Origin: Neophaeotheca triangularis
Lineage: Eukaryota
NCBI GenBank assembly: GCA_054600435.1
Contig: BAAIJX010000010.1
Coordinates: 62,001-126,000, forward strand
Reading direction: 5' to 3'
Length of the DNA stretch: 64,000 nucleotides
Shown: positions 38,015 to 48,880 of the stretch, in pieces
Position numbering within the stretch: position 1 is the first letter of the stretch
Layout: every line of letters begins with the position of its first letter
The notes under the pieces: generated by a model
Told to the model about the DNA's origin: nothing
The model's input: only the letters and a program-made list of their open reading frames with translations
The model's database searches: none
Position numbers and translations under genes: made by a program

Positions 38015-38449
38015 ATGAGCTGGTTCCAAAAGTCCTTCACCCTCCCCACCAAATCCCGCGGCTCCTACCTCATAACCGACCACGTAGTGCGCGAACTCCC
38101 CGAGCTCAAAAACTACAAAGTCGGCGTCCTGCACCTCTTCATCCAACACACATCCTGCGGGCTCTCACTCAACGAGAACTTCGACTCGGACGTGCGGGAA
38201 GACATGAGCGACGCGCTGGACCGCGTGGCCCCTGAAGACAGGAAGGGCGATCTGTACCGTCACGATGCCGAGGGCTTGGACGACATGCCGGCGCACATCA
38301 AGAGCTCGCTCGTCGGCGCGAGTGTGAGCGTGCCTATTACCAATGGCAGGCTGAATACGGGGACTTGGCAGGGCATTTGGTATTTGGAGTTTAGGGCTAG
38401 CAAGCATGCGAGGAAGGTCGTGGCTACGATTCAGGGTGAGAAGGCGTGA
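38015..38449 (+). CDS. UPF0047 (YjbQ) family protein; in-frame upstream ATG at 37781
   Basis: QHTSCGLSLNEN.D.DV..DM, HDAEGLDDMPAHIKSSL, LNTGTWQGIWYLEF. Confidence 0.92.
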   Translation: MSWFQKSFTLPTKSRGSYLITDHVVRELPELKNYKVGVLHLFIQHTSCGLSLNENFDSDVREDMSDALDRVAPEDRKGDLYRHDAEGLDDMPAHIKSSLVGASVSVPITNGRLNTGTWQGIWYLEFRASKHARKVVATIQGEKA

Positions 38450-38722
38450 AGTGCGGTGCTTTAATGGACGAGGGAGCTGGAGCTGTAGCTCGCTGACGAA
38501 ATGGATTGATTTGAATTGAATGAGGTGACGACTGTCGATAGCAAGCGAAAACGACGACCAAGCCTGTGGTGGTTTGTATTCAGCTTTTTGATAGAAGTGA
38601 GCCGAGAGACACCAACACAGTTCCGACTGGTATGAGTCTTATGTGGAAGCTGCTTTAGGTTCTGCGGTTTACGAGTATTGCGACTTCGTTATCATTGATA
38701 CCCCATAACCACTCTCCCAGAC

Positions 38723-40042
38723 TTACGCCTTCTCATCCGGCGTGCACAACCCTTTGCAAATGCAGTCTCGCCACGCCGCACTCATGATAACCAGAAAACT
38801 TTGACCTTCAGGGCTGCCAGTCATTAGAGGCTCCCGGGAGCCATGCTTCAAAGGGTTCACAGCCGGCTTAGCGACGCCACTTCCGTCAACTCGCTGGAGC
38901 ACCGCATCGCGCTTTGCCCCCGCCCAAGCAAGATACTTCTCTCGATCTCCCTCCGGCAAAGCCCCCAGCCCAGCCATTCTCAAAACAGTAGAAGCCAGCA
39001 ACGCCGTCCCCGAAACCTCTCCAAACCAACTATCATCCCCCAAATAATTGCGCAAAAGCCCTGACTCCCAATCATCATCCGTCCTGATAGCCCCATCCAA
39101 AATCTCCAAAACCCAACCATCCAGCGCCCTCACCTCCTCCTCCATAGTCTCGTTACTCGGCCGCCACCCCGAGACCGTCGCCCGCAATCTCACCATCCCA
39201 TACGCCGCCCACGCCACCCCGGTGCTCCAGAAACCCTCATCCGCCATCTCCGAAGGCCCCACAATGTGCTTCCACAGCCCCTTTCCCGGGCCCTCGGGCG
39301 CCACCATGACTTCCCGGTACAGCTGGCACTGCCGGACGGCTTGCCGCATTAGCTCGAGATCGTTGGAGACGACGGCGTAGTAGGCTAGGAACGGCGCCAA
39401 CATGTGGACCGCGTCGTCCCAGAGTTCGGCGACTTGGGTGCGGTGGCTGAGGGCTCCGTTGGCGTGGCGGGGAGTCTGGGTGAGAAGGTGGTCTTTTTGT
39501 CGAGTCGCGGCTTGGAGGTATTTGGGGTCTTGTTGGCCGAGGAGGATGGCGAAGACGCCTAGACTGGCAGGGTCCGTGGCGGAGTAATCGTCGGGTGAGA
39601 GTGTGTCGCCGTCTGTGCGGATGAAGGGACGGACGTAGGTTAAGGCTTTGTTTTCAAGGCCGGGTTGAGGGATCTTGCCGGCGGGAAATGGGATGGGGGA
39701 GAAGACTGCCAGGTCGGGGTGGTGGAATTCTAGGAGTGCTTCGGCTGCGGTGCTGTACTCCCAGCTGTGTGACTGGAGAATTTGGACCTGCTGGAGGGCG
39801 GCATCGATGGGGAACCCGTGGTCGAAATTGAAGATACATCTGTCTGTGATACCACCTGGAACGAGGGTTGGGAGGGTTTGGTGCCTATCATAGCCATAAT
39901 ACGCTGCTATAGCAGTAGCAAGCAGGGTTACGAATGTCAAAAGCACCCTGGTTCTGGAAGAGCTCTGTTCATCTGTGCCCGATGTAGTTTTCGAGGTCTT
40001 GATCGAAGTATCTGGAGCATCCTCAACTCTATAACCTGCCAT
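38723..40042 (-). CDS. Six-hairpin glycosidase, GH88/GH105-like, with N-terminal membrane anchor
   Basis: HSWEY, DPASLG, NGALSHR..ELWDDAVHMLAPFLA, GLWKHI, WSTGVAWAAYGM, FGEVSGTALLA, SPEGQSF; TM segment VLLTFVTLLATAIAAYY. Confidence 0.75.
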   Translation of the reverse strand: MAGYRVEDAPDTSIKTSKTTSGTDEQSSSRTRVLLTFVTLLATAIAAYYGYDRHQTLPTLVPGGITDRCIFNFDHGFPIDAALQQVQILQSHSWEYSTAAEALLEFHHPDLAVFSPIPFPAGKIPQPGLENKALTYVRPFIRTDGDTLSPDDYSATDPASLGVFAILLGQQDPKYLQAATRQKDHLLTQTPRHANGALSHRTQVAELWDDAVHMLAPFLAYYAVVSNDLELMRQAVRQCQLYREVMVAPEGPGKGLWKHIVGPSEMADEGFWSTGVAWAAYGMVRLRATVSGWRPSNETMEEEVRALDGWVLEILDGAIRTDDDWESGLLRNYLGDDSWFGEVSGTALLASTVLRMAGLGALPEGDREKYLAWAGAKRDAVLQRVDGSGVAKPAVNPLKHGSREPLMTGSPEGQSFLVIMSAAWRDCICKGLCTPDEKA

Positions 40043-40661
40043 CTCGCCCGATTCATGCTCACCTGCAGTACTGGCGTCGGGACATGACGCTTTATCAATA
40101 CCGGAAGGAAGAGGTGAGGTTGCCCAGAGCCGTGCTCAAACTCGTACCCTAGCAGCTCAAGCCTCGGACATGGGTAGTGCCTCTCGAGACCTCACGTCTT
40201 CTTCGAAATATGCCGACAACAAACATTAATCTTGTCAAAGCCTCAAATTACATTCTGTTCATCACTGTGTACAGCCAATTCCAGCGGGGTTCTGTCCATT
40301 CTACAGCCGAATACGCCACCAACAGTGCGTCTGCAGGAGCTCAGCGATAGCACTGGACGCAGCAGCTCACATGTCATCTTCATCTATATGCCTTGGCCTG
40401 GCTGCCGTGTATCAGGCTGGATCGCCAACAGCTAGGTACCGCCCATGGTCCAGATTCGATCCCGACTTGGTACCGTCAATGAGTACATAGCAATCATTCC
40501 GGCCGTCTGCCCCTCTTCAGCCTTGCCACGTTGAGGTAGCCTTAAAGACCGTCATCGTCCTCGGTCTTGCCATGTCGTGGTAAAGTCCCATGTTCCTTCA
40601 TCTTCTCTGAATTGTGACAACCTCTCGCATAGACGCAGCTGTTAGGCGCATGCTCGTCACC

Positions 40662-42566
40662 ATGTTGAAGTCAAGACTATTACACTTATCGCTTCTCGCT
40701 GGGCTCACGAGCGTGCTCGCACAAAGCTTCGAACGCAACTCGAACGCAGACACTATACGAATCCAGTACAATTCAGGAATAGCGGGACCGGATGGTGATT
40801 CCTCCCAATTCCCTCCGTCATTATTATTGTTGCTGAAAGTTGCCGCTTCTAGGCCCCTGGTACACTGTTAACCAGTCAATCGGAGAAGGGCGATATGTAC
40901 CGATGTTTCCCTCCTCCGCTTCGACGACTTTGATTGTGCCTGATGATGCATGCGTAGATGCAGATGAGGCCTACGCTTGTCCATCTCCTGTACCAGAGCT
41001 GTGGCGTCCCAGGGACAACTACACCGCCGACGAGGAGAGTGGACCATCCAATCCAGCCAGGTGGGACAGATTGATTTCGGGTCTACTGCGAATGAATGGA
41101 TATACCGTACTTATGCAAGAGAGCATGACTCTCAATGATGTCGACTCCGGTACCGACTTCGTCATACCGGCTTCTGAACATGCCCTCACACGCTCGAGGG
41201 ACATGACTATCAATTTCCCTGGTGGCGCATCATACACCATGGCAGTTGGCGCGGTATGTAATACATACGTTTCCCCGCTCGGCAAGCGCACACACTGATG
41301 GTGGCGTAGTTCAGTACCTTTGGCTATTTCGGCGAGCAGAATTGGACCGCTCAGGGCAACAGGACCTTTTCAGGGAACAGAACCCTCGGGAATGCTATTC
41401 GAAGAGGCTATCTGCCTAGTATGTCTTGCTCCTTGACAGTTGGATCGGTCGTCCACGAAATCCCAGGGAGTCTAGTACTGGGCGGCTACGATAGCTCTCG
41501 CCACCTGACTGAAGTAATAGCCTCATCAGGCAATGCGTTCGATCTGCTGGACATTGCAATCAATGTTTCCAGCGGCGCCTCTGCTCTTCGAAATACCGGT
41601 AACCGACCGTTGGATGGCTTGTTGCACACGCTCGATGGAACCCGGACCGACAACATGACCGTCTTTCCCGATCCTGCAGTCCCATACATGTATCTCCCAC
41701 AAGCCACCTGCGATGCCATCGCAGCATTCCTTCCCGTCACGTACAATGCTGCCTTTAATCTCTATTTTTGGAATACCAGCGACCCGACGTACGAGTCCAT
41801 CATCAACTCCCCCCATCACCTCATTTTCACCTTCGCCAATGACCGCAGAACCGAGGAATCGCCCACCAACTCGACAATAAAAGTACCATTCGCACTCTTC
41901 AATATGACCCTCACAGCGCCTCTGGTCGACGAACCGACCCCGTACTTCCCCTGCAGCCCTTGGGACCAACATCCTAACGACAGAGAGTACACCCTCGGTC
42001 GGGCCTTTCTGCAGGCCGCGACGCTGACGCAAATCTGGCACCAACGAACCATATTCCTCTCGCAGGCGCCCGGACCCGATTTCGAGTCGGACCAATCCAC
42101 CGTCACTATTAAGTTCAGCGATTCATACACATCGTTCAACCTCGATCCAGACCGGCCGACTTGGGAAGATACTTGGCGACGTACGCTACCGGCCTTGCCG
42201 GAGAGTGCAGACACCTCCGCCCAATCCGGGGATGCCCGGGAGGAAGCTCCAGGGAGTTCAGAAGACTCTCCTAACGATGATGAGGACGGCGGCCTGTCCA
42301 CTGGTGCTATCGCGGGCGTTGTGGTTGCCGTCGTCGTTGTTGTTGTCGCCATCATAGGCATAGTTCTCTGGCGTCTTCGACAGCGTCGCAAAGCACAAAA
42401 GTCCGTGAACAATTCACTGCCCCCTCAAGACCATCATACATCGGTTCAGGCCCGAGATTCAGTAGTGGAGAAGTCGGATGATGGTCAATTGCATGAGATC
42501 GGTAGCGTGGCGGAGCCCGTGGAGATGGGGCACGGGAGACAGAGGACCGAGTTGCCAGAGAATTAG
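40662..42566 (+). CDS. Aspartic-peptidase(A1)-fold type I membrane protein, probably non-catalytic; exons 40662-40794, 40853-41253, 41310-42566
   Basis: Signal peptide, GPDG/PW, GSLVLGGYD, PYMYLP..CDAIA, YFPC, LGRAFLQA, LSQAPGP, GLSTGAIAG + TM helix + RLRQRRK. Confidence 0.8.
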
Positions 42567-42658
42567 ACGTAAATTACTACCATGCAGTGCACGAGGCAGA
42601 CTTACTCGTGGGATGGCGACGAGAAGAAATACTCGCTCGTCGATGTCAAGGTGGTGCT

Positions 42659-42778
42659 ATGTTGTATATGCTCTCCCGGGTTCTAATCACCCCGCCTGTC
42701 GTAACCCTCGACCCAGTCGACCTCAAGGGCAAAACCGCCATAGTCACCGGCTCAAACATCGGTCCCGGTTTTGACTAA
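42659..42778 (+). pseudogene. 5' fragment of a short-chain dehydrogenase/reductase
   Basis: VDLKGKTAIVTGSNIGPGFD* is an SDR beta1 strand plus TGxxxGxG, then an immediate stop with no visible continuation. Confidence 0.6.
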
Positions 42779-43520
42779 GCTAAATGGCAAGACTGAAACA
42801 AGCGTACATGATCAGGGAAATTGGTATTGTGTACGGAGGGCTAGCTACTAAGTTATCATGAAAAAAGAAGTGCGCCGGTCGCTGTAGACTCTTTATGTGC
42901 GATCCTTGCAACTCGCAAGCAATGGAGATACTGGCAAGAGTCCCTTGAGACAACCTAAGCTCTTTTCGTCGAAGCCAGAATTGCTCTTTTCATCAAAAGA
43001 TAACTGGGTGTTCCATCTGCACCGCCCTGCCCAACAATTACAAATGAGAGGCTTGCTGGACCACGTTGTCGGAAGGGGAACTTAAGGCGCTGTGAAACTG
43101 GATGTTAAGAGGCAGCCAGGGATAGGGAGTTGCTCATTGCTTTTGTTACGATCTATCTGCTCAAGGGGTGTTGATCCTCAACTGCTGGCTGCCAGCAGGC
43201 AAGCTGGCATCAGAGCCGTCCGGTCTTGTTGGACGAGCCATGGGCACAGAGTTACCGATGGAATATGCGTGGGAGACAGTTATTCGCGAAGAGAACGAGA
43301 CGCGGACGCCTTCGGAGAGGCCAGTGCAAGAGTCGTTGAAGCAGAAACCTGGACGCTTGCTTTCGGGACATCCGAGCCTGACTCCGTGACCGTCTCTGAG
43401 CTCAACGACTACCACGCTGCAGAGGTATTCTTGCTACCCGGATTCTGACGGCGGCTGAGATTCCGGCACCCCTCGAGCAGTGCTTCGATTTTAAACCGCA
43501 CGCCGAGAGGCTGCTCTTCA

Positions 43521-44774
43521 TTACTCCGCACTAGATCGTCGTTCCTCCGGCGATGACTGGCGGCAGTCATGTTCTCCAAGTGCAGAAAGGGAGTGTGCAT
43601 GTCTTTTCTGTTCGCGAGGTCGGAAAGACCACCCACACAAGGGGGTTATCGCATGGCCGCTTGTCATGGGACCGGAAGCAATCATGTTCGTGTGTTTGAC
43701 GGTGTCGCAGAACATCTGGTCGTGACCGAGAACAACGTTCTCCTCGGCTTCGGCTGCGCTCTGCTCGTCAGACTTGACCTTTTGTTCCTCCGTCTCGTTC
43801 TCGGGAGCAGGAGTTGGGCGGCCGGCGTTTGGAGTAGGCGTAAGAGATGTCTTGGTCACGTCTGCTTCGCTCCGGAGGTTGTTGGCGGCGTCGATTGAAG
43901 GCTCAGCGGGATCTTCACGGACTTCGTCGGCGGGCGCACGTGGGGCAGAAGATTGGCTGTTGTCGAGGACGCTGTCAACACCACGGGTAGCCGGCGTAGT
44001 ACTATCGATACCCCCGGCGCCGTTCGAGGCCGGGGCCATCAGAGCAGTGGCTGCGTCGGTATCCTCAGTCGCGGCAGCAAGTTCCTCGTTTTCGGCGACA
44101 CACTCAGCAATCGACCGCCCCTCAAGAGTTGCCTTCCTGTCCAGCAAAAAGAGTCGCATGGTAGCGACAGCATCTTCGACGGAGCAGTGACCAGCCTGTT
44201 GAATCGATTGGTTGAGGGCCAGTCGCGACGTGTTGGCCAATCCGGGGCAACGGTAGCCCATGAAACCCCTGAACAGTTCCTGAGTGTCCACAATGCGACT
44301 GTTCTGGAAGACGTCTGGGACGATGTAGAAAGCGGTTCGGTCGTGAGTGGGTCCATGCATGATGATGCCTCTCCCATTCACCAGCCTTTCGATCCATCTT
44401 TCCACCAAGTGTGCTGGCTGTGCGCCGTTGGTCGAAATGAGATCGGTACGACGAACGGCATCACAGAACCTAAGGGGTGGCAGAAACTTCTGGATGTTGG
44501 GCTTATTGCGGTAGTAGACGAAAGCGTCCAGTACCGTTTGTAGCTTCATGTTCACGAGTGTGACACGCCCTAGGCGATGGTGGCCTTTGCCGTCTGGAAT
44601 GCTGTTGACGTATCGGTAATTCGCGAACTCGGCATCGAACGCAAGTGGCTCCCCAGGAACCATACGGTCCCAACGAGGCTCGAGTTGAGTGGCTCGACAG
44701 CTGGGAGACGGACCATGGTAGTTGGGAAAAGCTTTCGCGAAGACATTGGAGGTGCCGTCAGTGCCGATGTTCAT
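43521..44774 (-). CDS. Divergent DEDDh 3'-5' exonuclease (Rex4/ISG20-like) with acidic low-complexity tail; start at ATG 44774 inferred
   Basis: ExoI AFDAEF, LGRVTLVN..VLD, ExoII IIMHGPTHD, IVDTQ, ExoIII SIQ..GHCSVEDAVATMRLF. Confidence 0.75.
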   Translation of the reverse strand: MNIGTDGTSNVFAKAFPNYHGPSPSCRATQLEPRWDRMVPGEPLAFDAEFANYRYVNSIPDGKGHHRLGRVTLVNMKLQTVLDAFVYYRNKPNIQKFLPPLRFCDAVRRTDLISTNGAQPAHLVERWIERLVNGRGIIMHGPTHDRTAFYIVPDVFQNSRIVDTQELFRGFMGYRCPGLANTSRLALNQSIQQAGHCSVEDAVATMRLFLLDRKATLEGRSIAECVAENEELAAATEDTDAATALMAPASNGAGGIDSTTPATRGVDSVLDNSQSSAPRAPADEVREDPAEPSIDAANNLRSEADVTKTSLTPTPNAGRPTPAPENETEEQKVKSDEQSAAEAEENVVLGHDQMFCDTVKHTNMIASGPMTSGHAITPLCGWSFRPREQKRHAHSLSALGEHDCRQSSPEERRSSAE

Positions 44775-47178
44775 TGTCGAGAAGGAAATCCGAGAAACGG
44801 TGGGATCCAAAGGAAGTTGTGTTGTAACTTGGTTTGTGACTAGCCAGAGTTGTAGAGTGGATTCGTAATGAAAGTGGAAGTGGATGGGAAGGTGGTTCCT
44901 CGAGAACGCAGCGGGGGCTTCTTGCGTAGTCCAGCGCCGTTTGTAGGTCCTCGGAGGGGAACCAGACTTTATGTGTGAATCTAGCGCTGTTATAAGTCGT
45001 GAATAGTATCTTATACAGTCAATGCATGCTAGCATAAGCGAGGGACGAGCATTCACCTGTGGGATCACATGGTTGATTCCGCTCCTAACCGCTCGTAAAT
45101 GATCGAATGTTGGGTCGTTACGACGCTCGACTTCGACCAGTCCAGTGAATTGCATCCAGTGGCAACACTGACGTCCCTTTGCAGTACTCTTTCCGGCTGA
45201 AACAAATAGTCTTGTCGTCCGCAAAGTAGTGGTCAATGCTAGTATAGCCACCTATTGCTTCTCCTAACTGTAGGCGTGGAACAAGAATCCACGAGCGCAG
45301 ATCTTTAAATCGAACGGGCAGCCGATAACGTCCGAAGGCGGAACATTTGCATCCGAATTTCATGCAGTAGACATAAAACGAAAAGTAGAACGCATATGTA
45401 CTAAGTACTTACTGTTACAGCACGTTCCGTTAGAGAAGACTAACAAAGAAAAGTGACAAAAGAAAGATGAGAAAGCTATTAGGTTGTAAGACTCACCTGC
45501 TGGCCGGACATTCCCGTCAAGATCGTCATCAAATACGATGCAACTACCAGCAAACCCTGCCCATTGATCGTATGGCGGTGATCAGTAGAGGGACCATGGT
45601 CCTTGTCCAAATGCGAGTATCGTAACGAGAGCAGTCGAAGCCAGAGGATGCGGAGAAGACCACATTCCGGGAGCTTTCCTTAAATTATCAAACAGTGCCT
45701 TCTTTCTGTAACCCAAAAGATTGCCATATTGCTTCTCCGGTAGTCGCTTGTTGGGTTTGCTACGGTCCACTGTTGCAGCTACGCTTAATTGGACTCGGTC
45801 CCAGTTCTAACGGCGTACCAAGCGTTGTAGGGCCAAGTCTCTGCACGCAACTCGATCCAAGATAGTGTCATCCACAGCATGGCCCCGGAAAGCCAAGCGC
45901 TCTCTCGCAGTATCTTTCTATTAGCTAGGGCCGTTGACAGTGCCTTTTCACTTCTGGAATACACGTCTGGCTCTGATCTTGCTCGCCGGCTCATGATTCA
46001 AGGGTCCATTTGAGCTACAATTGTGTCTTGGTTGTCGATTCCGCCTTTAGTTGGTTGTATCATTGTTGCCGTCTTGAACAAAGACATTTTCTATGCACCG
46101 ATTTTCGAGCTCGCCGCGCCATCTGTGGACTGATGTGGTACGAGCAGAAGGCGCTCGACGCTTTACATCCTGCTGGAAGAATCATGAGACAATCTTCCGG
46201 TGTGTCAGTTACGCCTGTGCTCGAAGGAAAGAGGTCTCAGTGGTGTTCATAACGGGATGAGGTTGATGAGGTTGCTCTTCCATCCTCACCCCGGATTTCT
46301 TGTGTTGGCGTTTGCGTTGCTCCCTATTGGCTGATATAATCCCCGCTAGCAAAAGTCTGGATTTTAGCGCACTTCTACCCCCTTACTTTTCTGAGCACTT
46401 CTTTGATATGGCGACTCTGCGAATAATGGTTCGATTTGCACCGGGTTTGAATATGTAGCTACTGCGGCCAATTTAAACTGTATCTCTGCGTGTACAAATC
46501 CATGTGATATCCAACGACCCTTCGTCTTGAGTACATCGAATGCCAATAACGGAGTATATCGACAAACAAGAACGGTCCAAACATGGATCGATGTAGCTCA
46601 ATAGGCCGTGAGGGCAATGCAACTCGGGACATGTGCTTGTGATGGGAGTCAGATGAGTAGCATAGTTTCGTCCGAAAGATGACGAAACATTGAGTTGCCC
46701 ACCTCGTCCAAAGACCGATGTCGATAATCCACCGGACATGGTGGCATAATCTCGTTGAACGTGAAAAGATAGGCCGCTCGGTGCTTCTACGATGGCAACT
46801 TCTAGTCTCAGCCGGGCAGCGAGCCTGGACCTTTGTCGACGATTGGAGTGAACACTTGAAGTGAGCTGCAAGGCGCTTAGTTTTCAGGAGGCGTGCGTAT
46901 ACCTTTTGAATTGCTCCCTTTATTTAGTTCTACAAAGTATGTAAGTCTGTACAGGCACGACTCGCTATGGATAAGTAATACCGCTTAACGAGCGATGATG
47001 GCGTAGTTATCAATCTTGCCCTGGGCTCATCAGCAGATAAATTAGCCGTATCGAAGGAATCGAGGCGATGAAGAAATACCGGCATTGAGAAACAGAATCG
47101 CAACACCCAACGGAACAAGAAAGGCAAACAATATATTCAATTATCGGCAAACCCCACCATCGCAACCGCCGTGGCCAA

Positions 47179-47242
47179 TGGCTCAGTGGTTGTGTGTCCC
47201 CTCCCCCTCCCCCTCCCCCAACCTAGGACTCTCGTTCGAGTC
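47179..47242 (+). other. Pol III internal-promoter-like pair (A box + B box) without a tRNA cloverleaf
   Basis: TGGCTCAGTGG at 47179-47189 and GTTCGAGTC at 47234-47242, separated by a C-rich repeat. Confidence 0.35.
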
Positions 47243-47701
47243 CCGGGTCAAACCGGCCTTCTTGAATTAAATATTTAAATAAAGAAGGTGCCCGCCATTG
47301 ATGTTCGCTAGGTGGGCTAAGCGTGTTTACTGGCTCTTCACCCCCATATTCTAGGGCATAGATACGGGTGAAGAGGCCAGGTTTTGCTCTTTTTGCCGGT
47401 GCTAGCTAGGGTCGCTTTTGCTTGGTGTTGACTTAAGTGAAACTTATGTATGCGGGTGCCCTTACGTGCGTCGGGACACTGCATGCAGACGCTTTGAAAT
47501 AGCCCACCTTTACCCTGACCTTTATTGCCTGGAACTGGCTGCCTACCTTGGAGTACTACCACTTCCTTTCTGCCACCTCGGACCTCAACCCAAGTCATCA
47601 CATTCACTCTGTGCTCCATTTACACCCAAGATAGCCCTCCGCGGTCGTCACCAGCACATTCCTCGATGCCTGACCTACCTTTACTGCTGCCAATACCGAA
47701 G

Positions 47702-48880
47702 ATGGCAACGGCTACGACGGTTGAAATATCTCGCGGTGACCTGTCCAAACTTACCACACCCGACTCCGCCCACATCACCGAAGTCACTCACCTAGCCTCT
47801 TACAACTGGCTCGAAGCCCCTACCCCCACCATCGCCGTCCCGGGAAGCCCACCCCTCTGGTCCGCCATCAAAACCCAAAACCGAGTGAAAAAGGACACCG
47901 GCCACGTCTACATAGCGCAAAACGCCGCTCGCCACCCCACCAGCCCACTGGAGCCGCTATTCCGCGCCCTCTTCATCGAGAACCCCGATTTCGACATCAG
48001 CAAGTCTCACCTCGTCAGCGACCGCAACAATATCCGCAAGCTGCTGTCGTTTGTCGATCCTACGACCAGCAGGAATGGGCTGGAGGCTTTCACTATTAAA
48101 GCGGAAGCGGTGGGGGAGACGGTGATTTTCTGCCGTGAAGAGACGAAAGTGGAGGAGGTTATTGGGCCGGCGGAGTTCAAGGGGTATGGGCATGAATTCG
48201 GCAAGGCGTACACGAGTCACGAGGTCAATGGGAGTACCGGCCATCATCGTATCGTGTCGTTCCAGTTCGGTGGGATGGGGCTCATCATTCGCCACGAGAC
48301 GGATGGATACATCGGTGGCGGAGGGGAAGAGGATGGCGTGGCTAGCAAGGATGACTTGCTTGACAAGCTAGAGAAGCTTTCTCTGAACACCGGCACTGCA
48401 GGTCCCGAGGGGCCGGTTGCTGATTCGAAGTTGACGATCCGCAAGACCGGTCGCCCGGTCACTCGTGCTTCTACGCTGGAGATCAAGACTCGCGTTGCTC
48501 ACAAGCCTATTCCGTTCGAGGAGGTCGCTTCGCAGTTGTGGATCTCGCAGACCCCGAACCTCGTGCGAGCTTACCATGTCAGGGGCCTATTCAACGTTCC
48601 GATGGTCGAGGATATGACGGCGGCCTTGGGAAACTGGGAGAAGGCTAAGCAGAAGGCTTTGGTCTTGCTGGTTGCTTTGATCAAGAAGGTGCTGGGGGTC
48701 GTCAGAGAGTATGGCCAGGTTGTCATTCGGTATCGGGAGGACGTTGGGCGGTTGATCATCACCCCAAAGAAGACTTCCAAAATGTTGCCAGATGATCTGT
48801 ACCTGATGTGGGAGGAGGAAAAGGGTGTCAGCGATGACAAGGCCGATGCAGCGGATCACGAAGGGGATGGATCAGACTGA
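47702..48880 (+). CDS. Conserved fungal protein with DXO/Rai1-like PD-(D/E)XK motifs (family often auto-labelled 'geranylgeranyl pyrophosphate synthetase')
   Basis: SYNW, DRNNIRKLL, GYGHEFG, HHRIV.F.FGG, HETDG, LEIKTR, QLWISQT; no DDxxD prenyltransferase motifs. Confidence 0.65.
   Translation: MATATTVEISRGDLSKLTTPDSAHITEVTHLASYNWLEAPTPTIAVPGSPPLWSAIKTQNRVKKDTGHVYIAQNAARHPTSPLEPLFRALFIENPDFDISKSHLVSDRNNIRKLLSFVDPTTSRNGLEAFTIKAEAVGETVIFCREETKVEEVIGPAEFKGYGHEFGKAYTSHEVNGSTGHHRIVSFQFGGMGLIIRHETDGYIGGGGEEDGVASKDDLLDKLEKLSLNTGTAGPEGPVADSKLTIRKTGRPVTRASTLEIKTRVAHKPIPFEEVASQLWISQTPNLVRAYHVRGLFNVPMVEDMTAALGNWEKAKQKALVLLVALIKKVLGVVREYGQVVIRYREDVGRLIITPKKTSKMLPDDLYLMWEEEKGVSDDKADAADHEGDGSD

Noticed and set aside
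44775..45251. N-terminal ~160 aa of the 576-aa exonuclease ORF, and similar extensions at 31111, 36291, 47525 and 63051
   Set aside because: Mostly non-ATG starts with UTR-like composition; better ATGs lie downstream.
45252..47160. Degenerate transposon or RIP relic
   Set aside because: ORF-poor and somewhat AT-richer, but I recognised no transposase/RT motifs, TIRs, LTRs or TSDs.
47170..47260. Functional tRNA gene
   Set aside because: No acceptor stem, anticodon arm or paired T-stem can be built.
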